Shown here: piece by piece, positions 1-9,452 of the stretch
How positions within the stretch are numbered: position 1 is the first letter of the stretch
Layout: each line of letters starts with the position of its first letter
From: Phycisphaeraceae bacterium
Lineage (GTDB): Bacteria > Planctomycetota > Phycisphaerae > Phycisphaerales > Phycisphaeraceae
Direction of reading: 5' to 3'
NCBI GenBank assembly: GCA_963674705.1
Contig: OY771506.1
Location: 704,001 to 768,000 of the forward strand
Length of the DNA stretch: 64,000 nt
Translations under genes and position numbers: made by a program
Notes under the pieces: generated by a model
Seen by the model: the letters and a program-made list of their open reading frames with translations, nothing else
Databases searched by the model: none
Told to the model about the DNA's origin: nothing

Positions 1-7
1 TTTTCAT
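1..7 (-). CDS. Probable 5' end (ATG AAA A...) of a gene running off the window, predicted threonine-biosynthesis gene
   Basis: ATG at 7-5 preceded by AGGATGGA and lying downstream of a Thr attenuator. Only two codons are visible. Confidence 0.4.
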
Positions 8-47
8 CGTATTTCCATCCTGACTGAATGCTGACTCATGGATTCTT

Positions 48-114
48 GTAGGTCCGGGCCTGCCCGGACGCCGTCGATATTGTTTGCCATTTGTCCGGGC
101 GGGCCCGGACCTAC
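48..114. repeat. GTAG-type REP doublet in inverted orientation (REPIN-like)
   Basis: GTAGGTCCGGGCCTGCCCGGAC (48-69) and GTCCGGGCGGGCCCGGACCTAC (93-114); each is internally palindromic. Confidence 0.75.
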
Positions 115-123
115 GCTTGGTTA

Positions 124-154
124 CTAATGGCTAAAGGCTAACAGCTAATGGCTA
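124..154. repeat. Heptamer tandem repeat
   Basis: ctaatgg ctaaagg ctaacag ctaatgg cta; the same block recurs near 25215, 43113 and 56853. Confidence 0.75.
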
Positions 155-160
155 TCTAAT

Positions 161-187
161 AAAAAAGCCGCCCGGTGAGGGACGGCC
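161..187 (-). terminator. Rho-independent terminator of the attenuator
   Basis: Minus strand GCCGTCC-CTCACC-GGGCGGC-TTTTTT. Confidence 0.8.
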
Positions 188-216
188 GCGTTTTTCTGCA
201 AGGGTTCTTACCCCAC

Positions 217-291
217 CTAGCAGACCACGGCCCTCCCGCCGGTAGTGGCGGTGGTCGTCGTAGTCGCGGTGGTGGTGCTGATCCGGTTCAT
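217..291 (-). CDS. thrL: Threonine attenuator leader peptide MNRISTTTATTTTTATTGGRAVVC
   Basis: 24-codon ORF with 10 Thr codons, resembling E. coli ThrL ([21 protein letters not shown]), followed by overlapping antiterminator and terminator. Confidence 0.85.
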   Translation of the reverse strand: MNRISTTTATTTTTATTGGRAVVC

Positions 292-300
292 AGCCTGTAA

Positions 301-328
301 AGGGTACATCGGATATCCGAGCCGTCAA
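301..328 (-). promoter_or_regulatory. Candidate sigma70-type promoter of the leader
   Basis: TTGACG-N16-TACCCT ending 9 nt before the leader ATG; the spacer holds the perfect palindrome TCGGATATCCGA (309-320). Confidence 0.4.
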
Positions 329-403
329 GGTGAACCATTTTGCCCGTTGAGATCGGCTCGCACATCTCGGTACGGCCCCATATACCCACCCTCCCGGGAT
401 TCT

Positions 404-1159
404 TCAGCCCTTACACATCCTCCTTTTCTCTACCTCCAGCAGAGCCAACTCCCGGATGTGCATCGGCGCATCTTCCGTCCATCGACCTATCTTCGAATGA
501 AAGTGATTGATGTGGCTGTCTATCGCATCTTGCGATCGCTCATGAACTTTAATCTCTACCAACGCGGCTTTGAAGTACTGCTCATGAATACACAGCTCCA
601 ACCATACCTGCTCAGCATCAGTCGGGTCTAGCTCATAAAGCATATACCTGACCAGTTCCTCATCTTCCATCCAGTCCCACATCAGCCAGCCGAGCAAGGT
701 TTTCATCCAATGCTCGTCGGTATCCGGCGTAGGCACCATCTGGTTGATCCACTGCAGAAACGCCCACGGCTCCATCACCGTGCGCGCAATCCGTATCATC
801 TGCCCGCCGATCTCACCGTCACCATTCTTGTAATGATGTTGTATGGCCTCGGACGCTTGATTCAGCCAGAGATACCCCGTCTTGTCCAAACGAACGATCG
901 CTTTGAATGCCTCAACCGCTACGTAATGACCACAATCCCAATCGATCGGGTCGTATAACAGCTCCAATAGCCGCGATATCAGTTTCTTCTCGCGTCCCGT
1001 CCCGGGTTGAATGGCTTGGCAGGTATGCCACCGCTGCACCGGATTGTCATCGCTAAGACCTTCCAGCCAATAGTCCGGATGCAGCAAATCCCGCTTCTTC
1101 TTAGCCACGGCGTCCCCCTTTTCCCGAATACAACATACACCACATGTTCTATCCATCAC
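404..1159 (-). CDS. Hypothetical protein, possibly HEAT-like helical
   Basis: 251-aa ORF with protein-like composition; start uncertain; no family recognised. Confidence 0.6.
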   Translation of the reverse strand: MMDRTCGVCCIREKGDAVAKKKRDLLHPDYWLEGLSDDNPVQRWHTCQAIQPGTGREKKLISRLLELLYDPIDWDCGHYVAVEAFKAIVRLDKTGYLWLNQASEAIQHHYKNGDGEIGGQMIRIARTVMEPWAFLQWINQMVPTPDTDEHWMKTLLGWLMWDWMEDEELVRYMLYELDPTDAEQVWLELCIHEQYFKAALVEIKVHERSQDAIDSHINHFHSKIGRWTEDAPMHIRELALLEVEKRRMCKG

Positions 1160-1206
1160 AAGATAGTAAATATGATATCAACGGTGTAAGAAAAAGAAGG
1201 AAGTAG

Positions 1207-1241
1207 GTATCGGATGCCAAGAATTACATGGTATACGACAC
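1207..1241. repeat. Degenerate palindrome of the GTGTCGGATACC family
   Basis: gtatcggatgcca-N9-tggtatacgacac, related to 4987-5030 and 1950-1979. Confidence 0.55.
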
Positions 1242-1254
1242 TGTTTCCAAACCC

Positions 1255-1890
1255 TTACTGCTCAGGACTCCAGTCTGTTACGCTGCGCCACTTCGATCCC
1301 TGGCCATCCCGCTCGAACACCGCGCCAACAGGTTGCTTCAGTGGTTCAAGCAAAGAAGGGTCCCTGTCCAATAGCCAACCGACATTCACGATTCTGACGT
1401 TCTGCGCATCATTGGCATATTCATCCGTTTCGTGGCCGGTGAACATACGCCACCCGCTATCCTCTTCCCGGTCCGCAGACTCTCGGTATACAAACCGTAT
1501 GCATTCCCCATCATCAAAACACATGCTCGATACAAGTGCCTTCTGCTGAGCAGAATCAATCCAACGCGGATCGCCCTTCTTGATCACGGTTCGTGCGATG
1601 TGGCAGGGCTTGAACGTCACCTCGTCCCCGGCTTTCAAATCACTGATGTACAGGGGATTACTCTCCAGTTTCCCCCGGTACGGCCGAAGCAGGCCAAGTG
1701 CCCGCGTTACGATAACCCACATCCTCTCCGCCCGCGGCTCATCTTCCGACGGATTGTCCAGAAGAAAATGCAGGCGTACCGAGTCGCCCACAGCTTGGCT
1801 TCGCCTTTCCTGAAGAGGCGGGATAAAGAAAGATTCCGGATGCTCGTCTGCAGCAGCTTCGACATCCTCAAGCTTCAAGAGCTTGGCCAT
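1255..1890 (-). CDS. DUF2185/Imm33-like domain protein with a DUF2314-like N-terminus
   Basis: Motifs AERMWV and YRE..D.EDSGWRMFTGHETDEY. Confidence 0.75.
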   Translation of the reverse strand: MAKLLKLEDVEAAADEHPESFFIPPLQERRSQAVGDSVRLHFLLDNPSEDEPRAERMWVIVTRALGLLRPYRGKLESNPLYISDLKAGDEVTFKPCHIARTVIKKGDPRWIDSAQQKALVSSMCFDDGECIRFVYRESADREEDSGWRMFTGHETDEYANDAQNVRIVNVGWLLDRDPSLLEPLKQPVGAVFERDGQGSKWRSVTDWSPEQ

Positions 1891-1949
1891 GGGTACACCT
1901 CCATTATGGTGTACTTCATAGCGTCGGAAAAGAAATCAAGCAATAAGTA

Positions 1950-1979
1950 GTGCCGGATACAGGTAGTATCCGGTGTCAC
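1950..1979. repeat. Palindrome of the GTGTCGGATACC family
   Basis: gtgccggatac-aggta-gtatccggtgtcac. Confidence 0.5.
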
Positions 1980-2015
1980 TTACTATCGCTTCGTCACCCC
2001 CAACCACATGTCGTT

Positions 2016-3794
2016 TCAAGCAGCGCGTAGCCGGCGGCATGTCAGCACCAACCCACCAACCCCCAGTAGCACCAGCGCCGCAGGTTCCGGGATGTTGGCT
2101 GTAACACTTGGTGGCGTGCCCGCGTTCCAGTTGTTCAGCACGATGTCCAGATCGTCTAAGCCCACATAACCATCACCCGAGGGATCGCCCTGCAGCCAGT
2201 CGTTGGCGGTTACATTCTGGTTCCAGTGGTTCAGCACGATGTCCAGATCATCCAGGCCGACGAAGCCGTCGCCGTTCAGATCGCCCGCCTGTACGGGGAC
2301 CGTGCTCAGCGATGTCAACCGCAGCGTGTTCCCGTTCACCACATCCAGCGAATACCGCCAGTCCCCGTTCCACGGGTCCAGGCCGAAAACGTACACCGCA
2401 CTGAACGGATTGCCCGTTGATAAGAAGAACGAATCAGACACGATCAGGTCAAAGGTCTGCCCGAGTTCGGGGATGAAACCATCTTCAAACCAGAGCATCA
2501 TCCCGCCATCCAGCGACACGTTACCGCTGACATCGATCGCGGAATAGCTGACGCCGCGCTCCGTTCCGGCGATGTGGAACTCGACAAAACCCTCGTAAAG
2601 CTGCGTGTACTCACCCTGGATCGAGAGCAAGCGGTCCGAGTCGCCGGGGCCGACCAATCCGTGTTCATTGATAACCTCAACCGCATCCACGCTGCCCGTA
2701 CCGCGCAACTGTCCGCCCGCTCCCATGAACACGGTGCCGTCATAGATGGATTCGGTTTCGGCCTCGGTTTCACCGAGGATGACCCTGCCGTCACCGACGA
2801 TCAACTCACCCGAACCCGCGCCACCTACGTATAACTGCTCCGCGCGCAGGACCGAGCCGTAACCAATGAGTTCCACCACACCGAGACCGCCGGCCTCCGT
2901 ACCGATCTCCACGCCGATGCATTGCATCGAGCCGCCGTCTACGATGCTGAGATAACCCTCGCCATATCCGCCGACAACCGACAGGTAGACGCTGTTGCTG
3001 ACGTAGGACGCATCCTCTCCATAAATAAGGACGCTCCCGCTGCCCGACGCAGAATAATTACCGATGAATAACTCGCCGTCAGAGATCACGCTGCTGTACT
3101 CGTAGATCTCCATTTCGCCGTGGCCGTTATCCCCGATGTTGATCGGCGCCGCCTCCGCTTCGAGCACGCCGCCGCCCTGCACATAGATGTAACCCTCCGA
3201 ACCGGCATTTTCCCCGGCAGTGATCCACCCCGAACCATCGATCGTACGAACATCCGCACCGTCAACCGTCAGCACGCCGACACCATAATGACCGACAACA
3301 ATGTTGGTGTCCGAAACAATATTGGCAGAGGCATCAACAATAAGATCGCCTGTCCCACCCCAGAAGCCCAGATCGATCCGATGGGTTTCGATACTGCCGT
3401 TGTAAAGGATCAGCGAACCGAAGTCGCCGCCGTTCTCCCCAACAATCAGGGGATGGAAGCCGTCAGGCGTCAGCGTGTAGGTGTTGCCCGACAGGTCGAA
3501 CTCGACCAGGTCCGTGCGGACGATCATCTGTTTGTTTGTGACCGAGCCGCCGGAGAAGTCGACGACGTAAGAGATCCACGAATCCAGATCAAAGATCGCC
3601 ACATCATCCGTGCCCGGCACCTGAATCGGGTCCCAATTCACATCATCGTTAAACAAACCCCCGCCCTCGCTATCCCAATACACGTCGTCCGCAGACGCCA
3701 CCGAAATGATGCACGCATTAATTAAAAGCGCACAGACCGCACGCCAGACCATTCGATGTTTCAACAACATGAGCCCCTCCTTCAATACGAGCAC
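2016..3794 (-). CDS. PEP-CTERM surface protein with Gly-rich beta-helix-like repeats and a dockerin-like domain
   Basis: Signal peptide; VG..G.G.L.I..GG repeats; duplicated GD.NGDG.VGLDDLDIVLN.WN; C-terminal IPEPAALVLLGVGGLVLTCRR. True start probably slightly downstream. Confidence 0.9.
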   Translation of the reverse strand: MLVLKEGLMLLKHRMVWRAVCALLINACIISVASADDVYWDSEGGGLFNDDVNWDPIQVPGTDDVAIFDLDSWISYVVDFSGGSVTNKQMIVRTDLVEFDLSGNTYTLTPDGFHPLIVGENGGDFGSLILYNGSIETHRIDLGFWGGTGDLIVDASANIVSDTNIVVGHYGVGVLTVDGADVRTIDGSGWITAGENAGSEGYIYVQGGGVLEAEAAPINIGDNGHGEMEIYEYSSVISDGELFIGNYSASGSGSVLIYGEDASYVSNSVYLSVVGGYGEGYLSIVDGGSMQCIGVEIGTEAGGLGVVELIGYGSVLRAEQLYVGGAGSGELIVGDGRVILGETEAETESIYDGTVFMGAGGQLRGTGSVDAVEVINEHGLVGPGDSDRLLSIQGEYTQLYEGFVEFHIAGTERGVSYSAIDVSGNVSLDGGMMLWFEDGFIPELGQTFDLIVSDSFFLSTGNPFSAVYVFGLDPWNGDWRYSLDVVNGNTLRLTSLSTVPVQAGDLNGDGFVGLDDLDIVLNHWNQNVTANDWLQGDPSGDGYVGLDDLDIVLNNWNAGTPPSVTANIPEPAALVLLGVGGLVLTCRRLRAA

Positions 3795-4040
3795 GTACGT
3801 TAGATGTGACGATATTGCTTATACCCTTTGCCCGGCTATACAGCCGGATTTCCCCCGCACAAGTTTAGTAAAACACCCCGCGAAACACAAGACAAATGTT
3901 CTTTTTATCGGCGTTTTGGCAGGAAATAACACGGTAACGCCTGTTCAGGCCACGGCTTTCCGCACGCAGCTTATCCAGGTTTACATCAGCCCCGTCCATT
4001 ACCCAGCAATGGAACATTGTGAATACAGGTTGCATTAAAG

Positions 4041-4061
4041 CCCAGCCATTGCATGGCTGGG
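4041..4061 (-). terminator. Hairpin after the ATP-grasp gene (terminator or REP-like)
   Basis: cccagcca-ttgca-tggctggg with a short T run on the minus strand. Confidence 0.45.
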
Positions 4062-4073
4062 TTGCCCTACCTA

Positions 4074-4970
4074 TCACTTCCCCAGACTTCTCATCACCGA
4101 CGCCGCAAGCTTCTCCCCAGCCAAACGATTAAATCGGAACAGCAACTCCGGCTCAAACAACTCAACCTCCATCACCGTCGGCTTATGGTCCGCGCTATAC
4201 AAAACATCCACACGCGCATAATGCAGTTTCCCCGGGCAAACTTTCACAACATCTTCGGCAAATCGCTTCTCTGGTTCGCTGGCGGTATGTGCCACCGCAT
4301 ACCCACCATGATCGTCCTGCACACGGAACTCACCCGCTTTTGCCAGCTTCCTGACCGCGTGCGTGAACCGCCCATCGATCACGATCAACGACAACTCCCC
4401 CTGCTCAACAATCGCCGGCAGGAACGGCTGCACCATCATCGTCTTGGCCGCTATCAACGACTGGAACTTCGGCTCGAACGCTTTGGCGCCCGCTTTGGAT
4501 ACCCTGAACGTATCCACCCCTCCCGCCGACATCGCGGGCTTGATGACTAACTCATCACATGCCAATTCCGAAAACAACCGCCCCAGCTCTGCTTGTGTCG
4601 ACCGTTCAACAAACAACGTAGGAACCGTCATCACCCCCTTCTCCGCCAACTCCAACAGGTAACGCTTCTCCTGGTTCCACTTGATCACCTCATACGGATT
4701 CACCAACGGCAGCTTGTCACGCACATACTCAAGCCATTCATTGAACGGCCCGGGCTTCTCAAGGTAATCCCACGTGCTGCGAAACACCCCGCACCCGATC
4801 TTCGACCAGTCTACGTTTGTATCCGACCAACTGATCCGCTCTGCCTTCACACCATGCCGCTTGAAGTAGTCCAGCATGATGCTCTCTTCATAAATCACCT
4901 GCGCGTTATAAAAACTGTGCGGATCAGGATGCAACAGTGCATCACAAGTTAATACAGCAATGTCCAGCAT
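4074..4970 (-). CDS. ATP-grasp ligase (RimK/glutathione synthase-like)
   Basis: RSTWDY, VIKPAMSAGG, MVQPFL, FRVQDDHGG, YARVD, MEVELFEP. Confidence 0.85.
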   Translation of the reverse strand: MLDIAVLTCDALLHPDPHSFYNAQVIYEESIMLDYFKRHGVKAERISWSDTNVDWSKIGCGVFRSTWDYLEKPGPFNEWLEYVRDKLPLVNPYEVIKWNQEKRYLLELAEKGVMTVPTLFVERSTQAELGRLFSELACDELVIKPAMSAGGVDTFRVSKAGAKAFEPKFQSLIAAKTMMVQPFLPAIVEQGELSLIVIDGRFTHAVRKLAKAGEFRVQDDHGGYAVAHTASEPEKRFAEDVVKVCPGKLHYARVDVLYSADHKPTVMEVELFEPELLFRFNRLAGEKLAASVMRSLGK

Positions 4971-4986
4971 GCTTATCTCAAGAAAA

Positions 4987-5030
4987 AAGTGTCGGATACC
5001 ATTAATGATCGCTAATGGTATACGACACTT
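4987..5030. repeat. Near-perfect 18-bp inverted repeat (GTGTCGGATACC family)
   Basis: aagtgtcggataccatta-N8-taatggtatacgacactt. Confidence 0.75.
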
Positions 5031-5094
5031 ATAGTAAGGTCATTTTTGTGTAAGCGAATCAGCCGGTGCAAGAACCGTGGGGTCGGGCCATTAT

Positions 5095-5754
5095 TCAGCC
5101 ACGTCGGCGCAGTATCACCCATCCGGCCGCCACCAGGATGCAGGCAGACGCAGGCTCGGGAACGTCCATGTCCGACAAGGGCATCATCGTCTTGAAGACA
5201 TAAACCAGATTGTCCGGATCGCCCGTGAACGGCGAAAGGTCGTACCCGAGCAGCAACGTCGGCAGATCACCCACCGTCGAGACAAACGAACTGTGTGGAG
5301 CGTACTCGATGCCACTGGCGCCGATCATCCGCTCCTCCTCAACACCCATCGCCTCATCCGGCGCGATCCCCATGATGCTCAATGTGTCCGGCGACGCAGG
5401 GTTCGGATCCAGGCCGTAGATCGTCGTGATCTCCGCCATGCCCGTTCTGCTGTCGTCCGACCAGGTCTGGTACGCCAGACCGATCACGTCCTTGGAAGGT
5501 AAAACCACGCCAAAAGAAAAATCGTACTCAATCCAGAACCTCGTCCGGTCTTTGACAATCCGGTTGATCTTCGGATTGTAGTTGTAGGTGTCCTGCGGGA
5601 AGTGGAAGATGATAATGATGCCGTTCTGCGGGTTCGGTGGCGGATCGAGCGTGGCTTTCAGATCCAGGAAAGGCCCGTCGATCACCGAGCCGTGCGCCGC
5701 CGATGCTATCAGAGTCAAACATACCGTAAGTACAAGTAATAAACGTGAAACCAT
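5095..5754 (-). CDS. PEP-CTERM protein
   Basis: Signal peptide; C-terminal VPEPASACILVAAGWVILRRRG; AGGAG RBS. Confidence 0.88.
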   Translation of the reverse strand: MVSRLLLVLTVCLTLIASAAHGSVIDGPFLDLKATLDPPPNPQNGIIIIFHFPQDTYNYNPKINRIVKDRTRFWIEYDFSFGVVLPSKDVIGLAYQTWSDDSRTGMAEITTIYGLDPNPASPDTLSIMGIAPDEAMGVEEERMIGASGIEYAPHSSFVSTVGDLPTLLLGYDLSPFTGDPDNLVYVFKTMMPLSDMDVPEPASACILVAAGWVILRRRG

Positions 5755-6128
5755 GCGCTTTCTCCTCTCTTAGAGATGGGACTGGACGACCACGTAAACC
5801 ACACACCGCGTTCCGCCCGATGCCGCAACGAGTCGTCCGTTTGAATTGGTTGAGTTTTCCAGAGGGCAGAAGTGAAGTCCCGACCCGCCCCGAGTCGGCC
5901 AAGCACGCCTTGGGATGTTCTGTTCACTACGCTCCGACAGACCGCAAGAACCCTAAGACGCTCCTCGGGTATGTCCGCATTTTACCGACACGCCTGCCGA
6001 AAAAAAGACCGACACAAACACAAAAAAGCAAAATAACAACATAAGCTCAACCGAGCGTAAGGTCGGATGATGATGGCCGTGGCAACGATCGGTTTCCCGC
6101 GCCCATATCTGGACAATCCTTTGTCAGA

Positions 6129-7079
6129 TTACTCTTGCACCGCTGATTCCGCCGGCGTGTAGCTAAATCCCGTAATCACCACCTCCGCAGGCTTACCGTC
6201 CGTCGGCGGGTCGGCGACCTTGTCGCGGTTGGCATCAACAAGCCACAGGTTCAGGCGGATCGTCGTAGTGGCGTGCGGCTTGGGGATGAGGATCGGGTCG
6301 GACGTCTTGCCATCCCCATCACCGACCACGCGCGGCGGGTTGTTGCTATCGAACCGCCATTTGCAGATCAGCTTATCCGGGTCCGGCCCATCGCCACCGA
6401 CATACGCGGCACACTCAACGTAGTCCGGCATCCACGTAATGACGTGCGTGCTCGCCTGCCCCTTCAGATCGATCGTCTCAGCGTTGTACCGTTCAGGGTG
6501 CTTGCCATCCGGGCCCCACGCGGGGTGCACCGAGTAGTGCAGGTTCGGCGCATCGGCCTCGCACCAGCGGGTCAGCTCGATATCGATCTCGCTGTTGGCA
6601 TCCGTCTGCCAGGATTCGTTATCCCACGTAAACAACCCCAGCACGATATTCGGATCAAGCTGGTCCGGCCCTCCCCCGCCCCCGGAAGTTTCCCCGGAGG
6701 TTTCCCCGGAAGTTTTGCCCCCAGCCCCGTAAGCTTCTGACGCTCCCGCATCTGTACCTGCCAACCGAAACTCATACGTCCCGTACCCCGCCGGCTGATC
6801 GCAGACCACCTCCGTACTCAGCCATCGCCCGTCCCGTTTGTGGACCGTCAGGTGCAGGTTTCCATCCTCATCCACCCAGACATCGCGCGGATCGGCGGAG
6901 AAGTAGTTGGGTCCGGGGCCCACCAGTTCATCGCTCTGCTTGATCTGCCAGCGCTGGCCGGCAAACGCCAGGCTGTCCCGGCTCGATTCCGCTTCAACTT
7001 CAGCCACCGCACACCCTTCATTTAGCAATAGAACCAGCATTAGCAAGGATATACCAACAATTATCGCTCGGTTATTCAT
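6129..7079 (-). CDS. Secreted GH16-like glycoside hydrolase
   Basis: Signal peptide; GYGTYEF; catalytic-type EIDIE motif; LNLW. Confidence 0.78.
   Translation of the reverse strand: MNNRAIIVGISLLMLVLLLNEGCAVAEVEAESSRDSLAFAGQRWQIKQSDELVGPGPNYFSADPRDVWVDEDGNLHLTVHKRDGRWLSTEVVCDQPAGYGTYEFRLAGTDAGASEAYGAGGKTSGETSGETSGGGGGPDQLDPNIVLGLFTWDNESWQTDANSEIDIELTRWCEADAPNLHYSVHPAWGPDGKHPERYNAETIDLKGQASTHVITWMPDYVECAAYVGGDGPDPDKLICKWRFDSNNPPRVVGDGDGKTSDPILIPKPHATTTIRLNLWLVDANRDKVADPPTDGKPAEVVITGFSYTPAESAVQE
6680..6715. repeat. 3 x 12-bp in-frame tandem repeat
   Basis: ccccggaagttt ccccggaggttt ccccggaagttt, encoding KTSG-ETSG-ETSG. Confidence 0.85.
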
Positions 7080-7237
7080 AATCAGGCCCTTATTTTCATT
7101 GCGTGAAGAATTAACAGCATACTTCCACCGCCCTCGCCCCGCAAACTCTTTTGTTTGAACTTAAAACGTGTACAATGAGGGGCCGTCCTTGCCATGTGCG
7201 CATCGGCGCGGCTTTCACATAGGCGAAGGATTGAACA

Positions 7238-8539
7238 ATGGTTAGCAGCACATCAACGCAATTGGCGTTTGGGTTCTCCGCTCGAGCACGCAATGCCGTG
7301 GACCAGCCGATCAGCTACCTCATGGAGGTGGCACTGGCCCGACCGGACCTGATCTCGCTCGCCGCGGGGTTCGTCGACTACCAGACGCTGCCCGGCGTCG
7401 AGGCAGACAAGATGCTGCACGCTATCCTCAGCGATCCCAAGGCCGCGCAGGCCGCTCTCCAATACGGCAAGACCCAGGGCATCAACGAGCTGCGTGAAGA
7501 AGCCTACAAGCACCTCGCCGAGTGTGACGGCATCGCCCCGGAAGAGTTCCCCGGCAACCCGGACTGCGTCGCACTGACCACCGGCAGCCAACAGATGCTG
7601 CACATGCTCGCCGACCTGCTCGTCGACCCCGGCGACATCGTCATCACATGCTGGCCCAGCTACTTCGTCTACACCGGCGCGCTGTCCGTCTTCGGCGCAA
7701 AGGTCCGCAGCGTCGACCTCGACCAGAACGGGATGATCCCCGAAAGCCTCGAAGCCGTACTCACCGACATCCAGAAATCGGGCGAGCTGCACCGCGTGAA
7801 GATGGTTTACACCTGCACGCACCACCAGAATCCGACCGGCATCACACTCAGCGCCGAGCGCCGGCCTCAACTGCTCGACATCGTCAAGAAGTTCTCCACC
7901 GAAAACCGCATCCTCCTGCTCGAAGACAACGCCTACCGCGAACTGACCTACGAAGGCGACCCGCCCGTCTCGATCAAGAGCTTCGATACGGATAACGAAT
8001 ACGTTGCGTTATTGCACACGTATAGCAAGCCGTTCGCGCCCGGTCTGAAGACAGGCTACGGCCTGCTGCCCGCCGACCTTTGCGAAAAGGCCATGATGCT
8101 CAAGGACGGCCGTGACTTCGGCTCCGCGAACCTCAGCCAGCACTTATTATTGCGGGCCGTGCGCAGCGGCGCGTTCGACAAGCAGGTCAAGATCCTCTGC
8201 GAAGCCTACGCCCAAAAACGCGACGCCATGCTCGAAGCGCTCGACGAATACCTTGGCGACTTCATGCCCGAACAGACCAGTTGGACCAAACCGACCGGCG
8301 GGCTCTACGTCTGGCTCACCCTGCCCGAATCCATCGACACCGGCAGGCACGGCCCACTGTTCGCACGCGCCATCGAACGCGGCATGTTCTACGTCCCCGG
8401 CGCTTACTGCTACCCCGCCGACCCCACACGCAAAGTCCCCAACAACCAGATCCGCCTCAGCTTCGGCGTCCCCACCGTCGAACAAAACCGCGAAGGCATC
8501 AGGTTGCTGGCGCTCGCGATTAAGGATGTAGCCAAGTAA
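7238..8539 (+). CDS. PLP-dependent aminotransferase class I/II (2-aminoadipate transaminase-like)
   Basis: ISLAAG, LQYG, QNPTG, EDNAY, TYSKPFAPGL, GGLYVW, IRLSF. Confidence 0.9.
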   Translation: MVSSTSTQLAFGFSARARNAVDQPISYLMEVALARPDLISLAAGFVDYQTLPGVEADKMLHAILSDPKAAQAALQYGKTQGINELREEAYKHLAECDGIAPEEFPGNPDCVALTTGSQQMLHMLADLLVDPGDIVITCWPSYFVYTGALSVFGAKVRSVDLDQNGMIPESLEAVLTDIQKSGELHRVKMVYTCTHHQNPTGITLSAERRPQLLDIVKKFSTENRILLLEDNAYRELTYEGDPPVSIKSFDTDNEYVALLHTYSKPFAPGLKTGYGLLPADLCEKAMMLKDGRDFGSANLSQHLLLRAVRSGAFDKQVKILCEAYAQKRDAMLEALDEYLGDFMPEQTSWTKPTGGLYVWLTLPESIDTGRHGPLFARAIERGMFYVPGAYCYPADPTRKVPNNQIRLSFGVPTVEQNREGIRLLALAIKDVAK

Positions 8540-8540
8540 G

Positions 8541-8617
8541 AATCGCTGATTGCTAATTGTTAATCGTTAATGTGAAAAAACAATAAATCAGCGATTAACG
8601 ATTAGCGATTAGCAATC
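8541..8617. repeat. Inverted heptamer arrays (AATCGCT/AGCGATT)
   Basis: aatcgct gattgct aattgtt aatcgtt ... agcgatt aacgatt agcgatt agcaatc. Confidence 0.75.
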
Positions 8618-8664
8618 AAGTTATCTGTAACCCAACCAAACTAACACCCCCGCGCCCCTTCCCT

Positions 8665-9366
8665 ATGTCCCTCTCCCTCTCACACGGCAAAACGCTTAAC
8701 GTCGATCGCTTCGGCATCGCGCAGGAAGACCTGCCATCCATGGACGAAGGCAAGATCGATCTGCGCACCTGGTTTAAAGACGCGGACGGTAATCTTCCGG
8801 ACACTAATAGGCCGTTGGAACTGGAGATCGGCTCGGGTAAAGGCACGTTCCTTGTCCAGCACGCGAAGCTGTACCCGAACGTCGACTACCTCGGCATCGA
8901 ATGGGCCAAGGCGTTCTGGAAGTTCGCCGCGGACCGCGCTCGACGCCATGGCCTGGATAACGTGCGCCTGCTCCGCTGCGATGCAGACATGTTCGTCAAG
9001 CACTACGTGCCCGACCAGACGTTCAGGCAGGTGCACATCTACTTCCCCGACCCCTGGCCGAAGAAACGCCATCACAAACGCCGCCTGATCCAGGAAGGTT
9101 TCCTGCGCGAACTGCACCGCGTGCTGATCCCCGCGAACCAGGAAGTGGCCAGCGAAACCGCTTGCGTGCGTATCGCCACCGACCATGGCGATTACTTCGA
9201 GTGGATGGGCGAACACGCCGCGAAAGTGACGGACCTTTTCGACCGCGAACCCTTTGAACGCCCCGCCTCGGCCGGCGAAGGCGAACTGGTCGGCACGAAC
9301 TTCGAACGCAAGTACCGAGAAGAGGGCCGCGTCTTCCAAGGCATGATCCTGCGCAAGCGGCCGTGA
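8665..9366 (+). CDS. trmB: tRNA (guanine-N7)-methyltransferase
   Basis: LEIGSGKG, FPDPWPKKRHHKRR, ATDH, TNFERKY. Confidence 0.95.
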   Translation: MSLSLSHGKTLNVDRFGIAQEDLPSMDEGKIDLRTWFKDADGNLPDTNRPLELEIGSGKGTFLVQHAKLYPNVDYLGIEWAKAFWKFAADRARRHGLDNVRLLRCDADMFVKHYVPDQTFRQVHIYFPDPWPKKRHHKRRLIQEGFLRELHRVLIPANQEVASETACVRIATDHGDYFEWMGEHAAKVTDLFDREPFERPASAGEGELVGTNFERKYREEGRVFQGMILRKRP

Positions 9367-9452
9367 CCGACGGGCCTTGTTCAGTTATAGTGAAGATAGA
9401 TAAGCTCGGACGGCACGATTGACCGCCCTTCTCGTGATACGGAGATCTACCC

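Noticed and set aside
245..631. Plus-strand ORF starting MAVVVVVAVVVLI, which looks like a signal peptide
   Set aside because: It is the antisense reading of the Thr codons in the leader peptide and overlaps the minus-strand gene at 404-1159.
5755..6128. Riboswitch upstream of the PEP-CTERM gene (3795-4073 and 34722-34957 also examined)
   Set aside because: Hairpins exist, but I could not match any conserved riboswitch core by eye; an Rfam scan would be needed.
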